NCBI GenBank assembly: GCA_963841435.1
Contig: CAWJCS010000004.1
Span: 832,001-896,000 of the forward strand
Length of the DNA stretch: 64,000 bases
From: an uncultured delta proteobacterium
GTDB lineage: Bacteria > Myxococcota_A > Polyangia > Polyangiales > Polyangiaceae
Direction: 5' to 3'
Part shown: piece by piece, positions 1-11,571 of the stretch
Layout: each line of letters opens with the position of its first letter
Position numbering within the stretch: the first letter of the stretch is position 1
Made by a program: the position numbers and the translations under genes
Notes under the pieces: generated by a model
Told to the model about the DNA's origin: nothing
Seen by the model: only the letters and a program-made list of their open reading frames with translations
Database searches by the model: none

Positions 1-1008
1 CATCCGTCCGTCGATTTTCCGATGCAGCCGCTGCAAAACGTCGTCCGCGAGCACTCGTTCGTCCGCGACACGAATATAATGCGCGTTCAGGCTCGTCAAC
101 TTGGCAAGGTCGAAGCGCGCCGGCGCGCGTCCGACGTCGTCGAGATTGAACCAGCGGATGGCGTCGGCCCGGCTGATGATCTCGTCGTCGCCGTGACTCC
201 AGCCGAGACGAAGGAGATAGTTGCACATGGCGTCGGCAAGGAAGCCCATCTCGCGGTACGTCTCGACTCCAAGGGCGCCGTGCCGCTTCGAGAGCTTGGC
301 GCCGTCGGCGCCGTGGATCAGCGGAATGTGCGCGAACGCCGGCGGCTGCCAGCCGAACGCCTCATAGATCTGATGCTGACGAAAGGCGTTGGTCAGATGA
401 TCGTCGCCGCGGATAACGTGGGTAATCGCCATGTCGTGGTCATCGACGACGACGGCGAGCATGTAAGTCGGCGTGCCGTCGGCGCGGAGGATGATCATGT
501 CGTCAAGCTGGTCATTGGCCACGGTGACCGGGCCCTGGACCAGATCGTGGAGCGTGGTCTCGCCCGTCTGCGGTGCCTTCAGGCGGATGGCGGGCGCCAC
601 CCCGGGCGGTGCATCGCCGGGATCGCGATCGCGCCAGCGCCCGTCGTAGCGTATCGGCCGGCCGGCGGCGCGCGCCGCGTCGCGCATGGCCGCGAGTTCG
701 TCCGGCGTCGCATAGCAGCGGTAGGCGCGATCGGTTGCCAGCAGCGCTTCGACCGCCTCGGCATGACGTCCGGCCCGCGCCGACTGGAAGACGGGCTCGT
801 CGTCCCAGTCGAGGCCGAGCCAGCGAAGTCCCTCGAAGATCGCGTCGATCGCCGCCGACGTCGAGCGGGCACGATCGGTGTCCTCGATCCTGAGGAGAAA
901 ACGACCGCCGCAGTGCCGTGAGTACAGCCAGTTGAATAGCGCGGTTCGCGCGCCACCGATATGTAGAAATCCGGTGGGGGAGGGCGCAAAACGGCAAACG
1001 ACCGACAT
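1..1008 (-). CDS. gltX: Glutamate--tRNA ligase (3' end runs off window)
   Basis: Own translation of minus strand (not in ORF track): [28 protein letters not shown] (HIGH motif)...[12 protein letters not shown]...KLSKRHGA (KMSKS equivalent). Confidence 0.95.
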   Translation of the reverse strand, partial: MSVVCRFAPSPTGFLHIGGARTALFNWLYSRHCGGRFLLRIEDTDRARSTSAAIDAIFEGLRWLGLDWDDEPVFQSARAGRHAEAVEALLATDRAYRCYATPDELAAMRDAARAAGRPIRYDGRWRDRDPGDAPPGVAPAIRLKAPQTGETTLHDLVQGPVTVANDQLDDMIILRADGTPTYMLAVVVDDHDMAITHVIRGDDHLTNAFRQHQIYEAFGWQPPAFAHIPLIHGADGAKLSKRHGALGVETYREMGFLADAMCNYLLRLGWSHGDDEIISRADAIRWFNLDDVGRAPARFDLAKLTSLNAHYIRVADERVLADDVLQRLHRKIDGRM

Positions 1009-1133
1009 CGGCTTTCAGTCTCGACCGGCAAACTCGGGAAAAGTGGCGGGTTGGTTTAGCATATCTCCCGGCAAAAGCCATTAGCATCGGACTGAGGGAT
1101 CGCTAACGGCGATCGCAGCGAAGGAGGGCTTCG

Positions 1134-1575
1134 ATGAGCGAGGGCGTTGAGGTGAACGTGCATTGCGCCAGCTTCGAGGTGCTCGCTGGCGGTCGGCCCG
1201 GATATCGCCGACGTGACGGACCGTGTCGCCGAGATCGTCGCCGGCTCGGGCGTCCGCGACGGCGGCGCGCAGCTGACGACGCTCGGCTCGACGGCATCGC
1301 TCAGCGCCATCGAATTCGAGCCGGGTGCCGTCGCCGACCTGAAGCGGGCCATCGAACGGCTGGCACCGGTCGACCTCGTCTATCAGCACGAACTTGCCTG
1401 GCATGACGGCAATGGCCACAGCCACGTGCAGGCGGCGCTGCTCGGCCCGTCGCTGGTGGTGCCGGTGCGCGGCGGCCGGCTGCGCCTCGGGACGTGGCAG
1501 CAGATCATCCTGATCAATCACGATATCCGACCCCGGCGACGGACCGTCGAGGTGACGGTCATCGGCCGACGCTGA
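1134..1575 (+). CDS. yjbQ: YjbQ/UPF0047 family protein (one frameshift)
   Basis: GSTASLSAIEFEPG...HELAWHDGNGHSHVQAALLGPS...LGTWQQI. Confidence 0.85.
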
Positions 1576-1800
1576 CGCCGCACGTCTGCCTATCGAACAG
1601 CGCGTCGCCGGCGATCGCCCGAAATGCGTATCAGTTGCATCCGCACCAGCAAAATTTGCTTGTTAAACTTATACCGAGATGTGATGTAAAATATTTCCGG
1701 AAATTACAACCTCATCGACCGCTTCGTGTCATGCGCGGTGACACGAGGTTTGGAACCGGGTGAGCGAACATAAGAGGTCAGAGGGAGAAGGCGGGAGGAA

Positions 1801-2037
1801 ATGCTTCACCTGCCGAACAACGGGTACAAGATATACGCGGTTGAGCTTTACAATCAGCAGGTCCGCAATCTTGTCGAACGCAAGAGACAGCATTCCTATT
1901 TCGATGATCACTGGGCGGAGGTGCAGGTGCGCGACGTCGTCGCGCGCGATGAGGGTGAGGCGCTGGCGCTGATTGCCGAGCGGTTTCCTCCTGAAGACGG
2001 TTTCGTCGTCGAGCACGTCGCGGCGATGCGATATTGA
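1801..2037 (+). CDS. Small hypothetical protein, 78 aa
   Basis: Good RBS (GGGAGGAA) before ATG; natural-looking composition YNQQVRNLV...FDDHWAE...FPPEDGFVV. Confidence 0.75.
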   Translation: MLHLPNNGYKIYAVELYNQQVRNLVERKRQHSYFDDHWAEVQVRDVVARDEGEALALIAERFPPEDGFVVEHVAAMRY

Positions 2038-2086
2038 TCGTGCGCCCGGCCGCGGGAGGCGGTGCGGGCGCCATCGACCGCCGCAG

Positions 2087-2678
2087 TCAGCCCAGGCTGC
2101 GGCGTGCCTGCAGGGCGGTCGACAGGGTCGCGTCGTCGAGATAATGCAGCTCGCCGCCGAGCGGTACGCCGTGGGCGATGCCGGTGATCCGCACGTCCGT
2201 TGCCGCAAGGGCGTCGCCGATGTAGAAGCCGGTCGTCTGCCCATCGACGGTAAAGCTGAGGGCGACGATGATCTCCCGGACATCGGGATGGCGCGCCCGC
2301 TCGACGAGCAGGGGAATGCGCAGGTCCTCCGGCCCGATTCCGTCGAGCGCCGAGAGGACCCCGCCCAGCACGTGGTAGCGGCCGCGGAACGCCCCCGATC
2401 GCTCCAATGCCCACAGGTCGCTCACGTCCTCGACGACGCAGATGAGCGACGGATCGCGCCTTGCATCCGCGCAGATGTGACACGGATCGCGATCGTCGAG
2501 ATTGCCGCAAATGCCGCACGCACGCACGCTCTCGGCGGCGGCGCGTCAGGGTCTGCAGCAGGGGTAGGAGGATCGTCTCCCGCCGCTTCAAGAGGTGCAG
2601 CACCGCCCGCCGGGCCGAGCGCGGCCCAAGTCCCGGCAGTCGGGCGAAGCTCTGGATCAGGCGTTCGATGTCGGACAT
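2087..2678 (-). CDS. recR: Recombination mediator RecR (frameshifted)
   Basis: [30 protein letters not shown]...DPCHIC zinc finger; [19 protein letters not shown]oprim. Confidence 0.95.
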
Positions 2679-2726
2679 GTCAGGGCGCCGAGCCTCGGTG
2701 GCCGGCAACGTTAGGTCGAGCCGCGT

Positions 2727-3050
2727 TCAGAACGGCAGCTGCATGCCGGGCGGCAACTGCAGGCCGCCCGTCAGTTCCGCCATCCGCTCGGCGACGTGCG
2801 CCTCAACCTTCTGCTTGGCGTCGTTACAGGCGGCGGCGATGAGATCTTCCAGCACTTCGACATCGTCGGGGTCGATCAGCGACGGATCGATCTTGACCTT
2901 GCGCACTTCACCCTTGCCGTTCATGGTGACCTGCAGCATCCCGCCGCCCGCCGCCCCGACGACCTCGATCGAGGCGAGCTGCTCCTGCATTTCGGCGACC
3001 TTCGCCTGCAGCTTCTGCGCCTGTTTCATCATCTGCCCGAGATTTTTCAT
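2727..3050 (-). CDS. ybaB: YbaB/EbfC nucleoid-associated protein
   Basis: [15 protein letters not shown]...[14 protein letters not shown]; adjacent to recR. Confidence 0.95.
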   Translation of the reverse strand: MKNLGQMMKQAQKLQAKVAEMQEQLASIEVVGAAGGGMLQVTMNGKGEVRKVKIDPSLIDPDDVEVLEDLIAAACNDAKQKVEAHVAERMAELTGGLQLPPGMQLPF

Positions 3051-3161
3051 CGCGTCCGCGTCTCCTACCGCCGTCTGAACACCCCCTTCAGTACATAGCA
3101 GGTTTTCCCCCGCCGAGTCATGGCGGGGCGACGATGGGACGACCGGGAGAGAAGCCGGCGT

Positions 3162-4351
3162 CTATTCGTTCTGGGCAAGTGCCAGCCGCCGCGGCGCGGG
3201 TACGACGCCCGGGCCGCGCTTCGACATCGAGAGGCACGACTCGACGAACGATTGAAACTCTTTTGAAAAGCGTTCAGGAGCGAAACGCAGGGCATTGTTT
3301 CGGCAGTGCTCCTGGGAGAAAAATGTCCTTGTTGTGCTCGAATCGCTGAACGGCGTTGACCAGCGAGGAAACCGACTGTTCGGTGAAAAATACCCCGGTC
3401 GGAGCGTCGACCTCACCGACACCGCGGACCGTTTCGAGTGCGCCCTCCCTCTCCATAGGCGATGACCGGCGTACCGAATGCCTGCGCTTCCAACGGGACA
3501 ATTCCAAAATCTTCTTTGGCCATAAAAATGAACGCGCGCGCCCTCTTCATGTAATCGCGCATAATGTCATCCGGGCGGTAGCCCAATACCTTGATATTAT
3601 CGGCACCGGCAGCGGCCTTTTGCACTTTAGCTCATTTCCGGCCCGTCGCCGATAATAACGAGTCGCTTGCCCGGGTAACTGACGAAACGCCTCCGCGATC
3701 AAGGAGATCCGCTTGTACGGCACCATGCGCGATACCGTAATGTAAAAGTCTTCTTTAAGAGTCTTCGTATCGATAGTCTTCTATGTGACAGGTGGGTAAA
3801 TGACCGTCGAGTCGCGGCCATAGAACTTGCGGATCCGGCCGGCTATGTAATTCGAATTGGCAACGAAGTAATCAACATTTCGTGAGCTGGCAATATCCCA
3901 AATTCGCAGCTTTTGCAAGAAATAGCGGGCCGGCCACTGCCTTAAGCCCTTGTCAAGGCTGCGTTCCTGAAGGTACTGCTCGCGCAAATCCCAGGCATAT
4001 CGCATCGGCGTATGGCAATAGCATGATGTGAATCTGCTCCGGGCCGGTTAACACGCCCTTGGCGACGGCATGGGAATTGGAAATAACCAAATCATAACCC
4101 GAGACATCGAGCGCTTCCGCTGCCATTGGGAAAAACGGCAGATAGCTGCGAAATCTCCTCCTGGCGAATGGCATATTTTGAATGAAACTCGTACGAACGG
4201 GCTTGTCCAGGACAAGTTGCCGCTGATTGGGCGGAAGAAAGTCGACGAGCGCGAACACGTCCGCATCGGGAAAAAGCTGCATGATCCGTTCGAAGACCTT
4301 TTCGGATCCGCCGACCGTCTCCAACCACTCATTTACCAGCGCAACGCGCAT
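3162..4351 (-). CDS. Glycosyltransferase family 4, WbaZ-like (several frameshifts)
   Basis: [58 protein letters not shown] (GT4 EX7E motif); AT-richer than flanks. Confidence 0.85.
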
Positions 4352-5267
4352 CGATGGCTCCCAGCGTCTTAAACAGCTTCTGGAACAAATGAAAGCACGC
4401 CTGTGAAAAAAAGCCTACATAAAGGCCGACACGCGGCGAACTCCGACGCCGCATCGAATGCACCACGAATTAATAAGTGCCCATTTTTCGACGATTGTAG
4501 GGCGGAACCGACCAGCCCCGGATGCATCCGCAACACCTTGACCACTGGCGCCGATAAGCGCCGTGCCCCGGGTGCGCAGTCGCCGGCATTACCCCCTCAG
4601 CCTCCAGCTGTAAATGAACCAAACGTGATTTTTCTGCGGAAGCGGTGCGGGCTGGGTTCGTGTTCTCCACGCGAAGCCGACCTGTGAGCCATGTTGCCTT
4701 ATCTGGTGTACCTCTTCGAAGCGAAGGGGCCACAACGCGCAAGACGACCCCGGTCGGTCAAAGTTCAGCTTTGCGCCAGCACGCCTCGGATTCGATTAAT
4801 ATGTTTAGTACTGCGAGCTTGCGCAGTGATGGGTATACCACGATGCACTCATCGTCGCTACGTCTTCCGAGCGGCTTTATCTCGTTTGCGGTACTGCCTT
4901 GTCAAGGGTGGGATCCTCGCATCCAGGCCGGGTGAAGCCGGCGACGGCGGTCGCAAGAGAGGCACTTGACCGCCCTCACGGGTTAAAGAGACGAGATTTG
5001 CCCGCTCGTTATGCCCGACCGGTTGTCGGATTCGAGGCGTCGAAATCCTCCGTCCATGTCTCCTCTCCTAAGGCAATCTGCGAAGGAACAGCCGCGCGCG
5101 CCACTAAATGGCCCCAATGGGGATTTGATGGTGGCCAGCAACGCTTCAAAGCGCGGCCGCCTGGGCGCTGCCGCGTTGCGTGCGTCGGGCGATCTCCCTT
5201 CGCATGGCCCGGCCGAATGTCCTAGAGTATTGGCCGCGGCACGACATACCGGCGGAGGGATGCGGCG

Positions 5268-6846
5268 GTGATCGTCGAGGATCAGGGGGAGGTGATCGAC
5301 TTTCTTGCGCGGCCTGAGGCCGTACGGCGCCCGGGCGCTGTGCGCGCCGGCGTCGCAGGGGCGGCTGCGGAGAAAGCCGTCATCGATCGTGTCGACCGCA
5401 TTGACACGCACATCTCCCATGTTTTTCTCGCCGGCGACCATGCCTACAAGCTCAAGCGCGCCGTCCGCTTGCCGTATCTGGACTTCTCGAGCGAAGGGTT
5501 GAGGCGGCGCTGGTGCGAGCGGGAGGTGCGAGATCAACCGGCGGACGGCGCCGATGCTCTACCAGGGCTGCGTGCCGGTCGTCCGCACCGAAGGCGGCGG
5601 ACTTGCCATCGGCGGCGAGGGCCAGGCGGTCGACTGGCTGGTGATCATGGCCCGCTTCGCCACCGATGCCGTTTTCGACCGTATCGCCGCCGCCGGTCGC
5701 CTCGATCGCTTCGCCGTCGAGATTCTCGCCGACGTCGTCGCCCGCTTCCACGCCTCGGCCGAGCCGCGCCCCACTCACGGCGGCGCGGCGGCGCTCGCCC
5801 GCGTGCTCGCCGGCAACCGGACGAGCTTCGCCGAATGTCGCGGGGAACAGCCTCGATCCGGACGCCGTCGGCCGCCTCGACGCCGGAACCGCGGCGATGC
5901 TGGAAGCGCGTCGCTCCCATCCTCGATAAACGCAGCGGCGAGGGTTTCGTCCGCCGCTGCCACGGCGATCTGCACCTTCGCAACATCGTTGCCTGGAACG
6001 GCCTGCCGGTGCTTTTCGATGCCATCGAGTTCTCGGATGCGCTCGCCGAGATCGACGTCCTCTACGACCTCGCATTCCTGGTCATGGACGTGAGCGAACG
6101 CTGTGGGCGGCACCTCGCCTGCCTGCTGCTCAACCGCTACCTCGACGCAACCGACGACACCGCCGGCCTCGCGGCGATGCCGCTGTTCCTATCGGTCCGT
6201 GCGGCGATCCGCAGTCACGTCGAGGCGGCGGCGGCGGGAACGGGAGGCGGCGAGGAGGCGCGGCGCGGCGGCGGCGCGTTATCTCGGCGAGGCGGAGGCT
6301 TATCTGGCGCCGCGGCCGCCCCGTCTGATCGCCCTCGGCGGTCTGTCCGGCTCCGGCAAGTCGCGCCTCGCCCGCGGCCTCGCCCCGTTCGTCGGCCTCG
6401 CCCCCGGTGCCCGCATCGTCCGTACCGACACCACCCGCAAACGCCTGGCCGGCGTCGGCTTCAACACCCGCCTGGCACCCGCCCTTTACGGCGAGGCGAT
6501 GACCCGCAGGACCTACGAGGCGGTCTACGCCGAGGCGAGAGCGGCGCTCGCCGCCGGCTACGCAGTGATTGCCGACGCCGTCTTCGGCAAACCCGAAGAG
6601 CGCGCCGCCATCGCCCGCGTTGCCGAAGACGCCGGCGTGCCCTTCCAGGCGCTGTGGCTGCAGGCGCCCGCGGCGGTTCTCGAGGAGCGGGTGACCCGCC
6701 GCAAGATGAATGCATCCGATGCGACGGCGGAGGTGGTGCGACTGCAATTGTCCTATGACCTCGGCCCCATCGACTGGCCGCGGTTGGATACGCAGGCGGC
6801 GACGGAGGTCGTGCTCGCCGACGCCCGCCGCCGGCTCGGCTGTTGA
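5268..6846 (+). CDS. Bifunctional aminoglycoside-phosphotransferase-like / AAA_33 kinase protein (frameshifted)
   Basis: IDTHISHVFLAGDHAYKLKRAVRLPYLDFS; RCHGDLHLRNI; YDLAFLVMD; C-terminal P-loop GGLSGSGKS. Confidence 0.85.
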
Positions 6847-6957
6847 GGTCCGCCCGGATCACGCGCCGCGGAGCATGATGGGGATAAGGTTTATTATGGT
6901 CTTTGCTTCGTCCGGAAGGGCCGCCACAATGGAGGTTCGGGAAGCTGAGGGCGATCG

Positions 6958-7818
6958 ATGACGTTTCGCAAAATCCTCGTGCCGATCGATGGCTCGGAAA
7001 GTCAGCGCGCACCCTCTCGCGCTCGCTTTCGCCCTGGCCGCCCGGCACGCCGCCGCCGTCGATGTCCTGCACGCGCGGATGGACCCGATGGAAGCGGTGT
7101 CGTTCGTCGGCGAGGGCATGTCCGGCGAGGTCATCCAGGAGCTGATCGAATTGACGGAGCAGCAGTCGGTGGCGCGGGCGGCGGCGGCGCGCGCGCTCTT
7201 CGATGAGACCTGCAGGTCAGCGGCGATCGGAGAGGGACCACCGGCCGCGGGCAAACCATCCGCCCGTTACATCGAGCAGCTGGCGAGGGAGGACGAGGCG
7301 GTCGTCCGTCTCGGACGGGTCTGCGATCTCATCGTCGTCGCCCGACCGGCCGCCAGCCTCGATCCGGCAACACAATCGACACTGAACGCGGCGCTGTTCG
7401 AATCCGGCCATCCCGTCCTCGTTCCCGGCAAGGGCGAAGCCGTAGAGGCGGCTCCCTTCCGCCGCGTTCTCATCGCCTGGAGCGGCAGTACGGAAGCGGC
7501 GCGTGCCATCGCGTTCGCCCTGCCACTTCTGACGAGGCGGACGAGGTGACTGATCGCCGCCCCGGCCGCGGACGTCGATGCGCCGGCGATGCGGCGCAGC
7601 TCCTCGTCGATTATCTCGCCTGCCATGCGATCCCGGCCGACATCCGCCCGCTGGCCGAGCATCGCGGCGCCGGCGAGGCGCTTCTCGAAGCGGCGGCCGG
7701 CTTCGATTTGATGGTGATGGGCGCCTACACGCACAGCCGACTGTGGCAGCTGATCCTCGGCGGCGTCACCCGGCATATGCTGGAGCAGGCGCCGCTGCCC
7801 CTGTTCATGGCGCACTGA
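6958..7818 (+). CDS. Universal stress protein, two USP domains (frameshifted)
   Basis: MTFRKILVPIDGS; ALFESGHPVLV; VLIAWSGSTEAARA; DLMVMGAYTHSRL...GGVTRHML. Confidence 0.88.
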
Positions 7819-7822
7819 ACCG

Positions 7823-8563
7823 GTGACCGAAGCCCGCCCGACGGTGATCATCACCGGCGCCAGCCGCGGCATCGGCCATGCCACGGCGAAGGCGTTCCTC
7901 GACCGGAGCTGGCGGATCATTACGTGCTCGCGCGACGACGTGCCGGCCGAATGCAAGCGCGATCCCAACTGGACGCTGCACATCCCGACCGATCTCGGCG
8001 ACGCCGCCAGCTGTGCCGCGTTCGTCCGTGCCGCCAACGATGCCCTGGCCGGCGGTCCGCTCGCGGCGCTGGTCAACAATGCCGGCCGCTCGCCGAAGAC
8101 CCCTTACAAGGAACGCCTCGGCTGTCTCAACGGCGATCTCGATGCCTGGCACGAGGTGCTCGAGGTGAATTTCTTCGCGCCGCTCCGCCTCGTCCGCGGC
8201 TTCGCGGCGGCCCTGCACCGGGGCAAGGGCGCGGTGGTCAACGTCACCTCGATCGCCGGTCATACCATCCACCCGTTCGCCGGCTCGGCCTATTCCATCT
8301 CGAAGGCGGCCCTGTCGGCGCTCACCCGCGAACTCGCCCACGAATGCGCCGCCCTCGACGTCCGGGTCAACGCCGTCGCTCCGGGCGAGATCGAGACCGA
8401 CATGATCCAGCCGGACTACGAGGTGCTGATTCCGCGGATTCCGCTCGAGCGCATGGGCGCGCCGGCCGATGTCGCCAACGCCATTTTTTATCTCTGTTCG
8501 CCCGAGGCCGGCTACGTCACCGGCACCGAGCTGTGGGTGACCGGCGGCCAGCACCTCTATTGA
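7823..8563 (+). CDS. SDR family oxidoreductase
   Basis: TGASRGIG, NNAG, YSISK catalytic motif, VNAVAPG. Confidence 0.92.
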   Translation: MTEARPTVIITGASRGIGHATAKAFLDRSWRIITCSRDDVPAECKRDPNWTLHIPTDLGDAASCAAFVRAANDALAGGPLAALVNNAGRSPKTPYKERLGCLNGDLDAWHEVLEVNFFAPLRLVRGFAAALHRGKGAVVNVTSIAGHTIHPFAGSAYSISKAALSALTRELAHECAALDVRVNAVAPGEIETDMIQPDYEVLIPRIPLERMGAPADVANAIFYLCSPEAGYVTGTELWVTGGQHLY

Positions 8564-8599
8564 TCTTAGCCCACTGATCGTCGCCGGCCCTTCGCTCGA

Positions 8600-10587
8600 T
8601 CAGCCTCCCGACTGGCCGACGAGCTGGTAGAACACCTGGATGAGGGTGGCGACGAAGACGTAGCCCATCACCTTCAGCAGCACGAAATAGTAGCGGACGG
8701 CGTTGCTGATGCCGATGCCCTCGAACTCCTGGCGCAGGGTCACCGCCGGCAACAGGGTGTTGACGGTGTACTCGGCGGCAAACCAGATGGAGCGCTGCCG
8801 CCCTTCGGGTGTCCGATAGCGGAAGAGGCACGTGCCGATGAGGACGAGCAAGAGGAACCAGCCGAGTGCCCGGGCCGGCCGATAGCCATAGCCGTTGACG
8901 AGCCACGTCGCCGTCAGCACGGCGCTGTTTCTCGCCCGTCCCACGGGCTCTCGGGGTGCGCCGCACCATCGACACCGGTCCAGGCTTCGGATTGCGCCAC
9001 CGGCACGGTCGCCGGCCGGCCGGCGAGATCGCTCTTCCGCAGCACGCAGGCTTCGATGTCGTGTCCGGTGTCGCTGCCGGCGGCGATGCACCGCTCGATG
9101 TCGCGACTGGTGAACAAGATCGCGTCCCGGCTGTCGCGCCGGCCCTGTGCCTGCATCACCGCGGCGAGCTGTTCGTATGGTTGACGGGTGTAGCTGCGGT
9201 CGCGGGCGAGCCACGCGATCAGCCAGGCGTCGTCGCGCGCCTGAACGATGCGGCGTTCGTCCCCGTAGCTGCGCTCCTCGCGGCCGAGGCCGTCCCAGGC
9301 GCCGTAGGTGAACCCGTCGAGAACGAGCAGGGGCGCCCAGGACTGGCGCTTCGCTCCGTTCTGTGGCTCGCCCTCCGGCGGAAGCTCGGGCCGGTTGGTG
9401 ACGGGGCGGTTTGTATAGAGCCCGCCCAGGTCCTGGATCTTGCCGACCGCGACGTTTCTCAGCATCAAGACCGAGCGGTCGCCCCAGGTGTTCGGCGGCA
9501 TATGGTCGATCGAGCCGAGAAAGAGCTGGCCGCCGATGCGGGTGCCGCTGAGGTTGAGGAGACCGAGATGGGTGAGGTCGGCTCCGCTGAGAAACAGGTT
9601 GCCGCGGATGTCGGAGTTGTAGAGGTTCCACCCCGTGGCCGGTTGCCCAGCGTTCGCCGCGCCACCCGCCGCCGCGCCGTTCGGACAGTCCGGCCGTCCC
9701 GGCCAGGCGATTCCCCAGGCCGCCAGCAATTCGCCGACCCGGATCGTTCCCATGTTCAGATCGGCGCAGAAGCGCCCCCCTGTCAGGCGCAGATCACCGT
9801 CGATGCGGGCACGATCGAGCGAAACCTCGCTCTCGGCGATGATGCCGCCCAGATCAAGGGAGCCGTCGATGCGGATGTCAGCCATATCGACGGGCGCCGC
9901 GAACCGCGTCGGCGCCTCCGGTTGCACCGGTTCGGCGGCGGGCGGACCGGACGACGGTTTGATGGCAACGTTCGGACGGTCGAGACTGTCGCTGCCGAAC
10001 ACCGCCTGACCGCCGATGTGGGCGCCCTGGAGCAGCACCGGTGCCGCGTAGGTCGCTCCGCCGCCGAGAAACATCGATCCGCGAACGTCGATCTCGTTCA
10101 TCACCAACGGCTGCGCAAAGTGGGATCCTGCGAATGACAGCACCTTGTCGGCGCGCACCCGCTCGAGCGACACCGGGGCATCGAAGCGCGAGTGGCGAAG
10201 GCGGAACTGCACGGCGATGTTGGTACCCTGCAAATCGATCGGCTCGGTGAACCAGGCGTTGACGATATGCACGCCGCGCGGGGGCAGATCGCACAACCGG
10301 CCAAAGACGAGATCGGCGAGGAAGGCGGCGCCGAGCCGGCGGCCGGTCGGGCTGTCGGAGATCCCGGCGAGGTCGGCGACATCGCCGGCGCACACGCGCG
10401 CCATCGCCCACCGCTCGGCGGCGGTGGAATTGACTAAGGCGTTCGGTTCGCTCGCGGCGCGGGCCTCGGTTGTTGTCAAAGCGCACGCCAGGATCACGCC
10501 CAGGACGCCGGCGACAGGCCGCGGCCGCCCCCTGGCGAACCATCTGCCGGCGGACCAACTGTCAGTGATCAGGATTCGCTCCGGCAT
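8600..10587 (-). CDS. Exported beta-solenoid-repeat protein with C-terminal membrane module (frameshift near 8940)
   Basis: Signal-like GVLGVILACALTTTEARA; repeats LQGAHIGG, MADIRIDGSLDL, LDRARIDGDLRL, LSGTRIGGQLFL; QPYEQLA; GYGYRPARALGW followed by hydrophobic helices. Confidence 0.7.
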
Positions 10588-11462
10588 CCGGCGAGGGGCG
10601 ACGGGCCGGCATCCCGTTGCGGGTTGAACCAGGCGAGCCGCTCTGCAAGTGCGACCACCCGGCCGATGACGATCAGGGTCGGCGCCGCCATGTCGAGGCC
10701 GAAGACGCGGGCCGGCAGTTCGCCCAAGGAGGTGATCAGCGTTACCTGGTCCGGACGGGTGCCGTTGACGATGATCGCGGCGGGCGTAGATGGGGCGAGG
10801 CCGTGGCCGATGAGTTCGCCCGCGATCCGCTCGACGTGGATGCGACCCATGTAAAGGACGAGGGTGGTATCCGGATCGGCAAGGGCCCGCCAGTCGAGAT
10901 CGAGATCGACGTCCTCCTTGGCGTGGCCGGTGACGAAGCGGACGCCGTGGGCGAGACCGCGATGGGTTAAGGGAATGCCGGCGTAGGCGGTGCAGCCGGA
11001 GGCGGATGTCACGCCGGGGACGATCTCGAAGGGGACGCCGTGCGCCGAGAGGCACTCCGCCTCTTCGCCGCCGCGACCAAAAAGGAAGGGATCGCCGCCC
11101 TTCAGGCGCACCACCTTGCGGCCGCTGCGGGCAAGACCGACGAGCAGCGAATTGATCTCCGCCTGCGGCACGTGATGATGGCGGGCGATCTTGCCGGCGA
11201 AGATGCGCGACGTTCCGACCGGGATCAGCGCCAGGATCGGCGGCGACACCAGCCGGTCGTAAACGACGACATCGGCCTCGCGGATCAACCGCAGCGCCTT
11301 CAGCGTCAAGAGATCGGGATCGCCCGGGCCGGCCCCGACCAGCGCCACCGGATGGATGGTTTCCGCCACCAACCTCGCCCTCCCTTTCCGCCCTGGGGCG
11401 ACGGGTGGTATCGTTCCTTGCCCTGCCGCAACGCTCATAAGCGAAGCGGTGGGCAACGACAA
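10569..11462 (-). CDS. cobA: Uroporphyrinogen-III C-methyltransferase (true start probably near 11370)
   Basis: VALVGAGPGDPDLLTLKA; VVRLKGGDPFLFGRGGEE; VPGVTSA. Confidence 0.93.
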   Translation of the reverse strand: MSLPTASLMSVAAGQGTIPPVAPGRKGRARLVAETIHPVALVGAGPGDPDLLTLKALRLIREADVVVYDRLVSPPILALIPVGTSRIFAGKIARHHHVPQAEINSLLVGLARSGRKVVRLKGGDPFLFGRGGEEAECLSAHGVPFEIVPGVTSASGCTAYAGIPLTHRGLAHGVRFVTGHAKEDVDLDLDWRALADPDTTLVLYMGRIHVERIAGELIGHGLAPSTPAAIIVNGTRPDQVTLITSLGELPARVFGLDMAAPTLIVIGRVVALAERLAWFNPQRDAGPSPLAGCRSES

Positions 11463-11571
11463 GGCCCGGCGTCACCCGCCGTCCGGACGGCGCCTCTTGA
11501 GCGCGGCCCTGCGGCTGACGATACTCGCTGCAAACGGCGCACAGGCGAGAACAGACGGCAAGGACGAGGGC

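Noticed and set aside
22-921. Long antisense or alternate-frame ORFs (e.g. 22-921, 12906-14402, 42531-44618, 62838-63812)
   Set aside because: Shadow ORFs of real genes in high-GC DNA, with no family motifs
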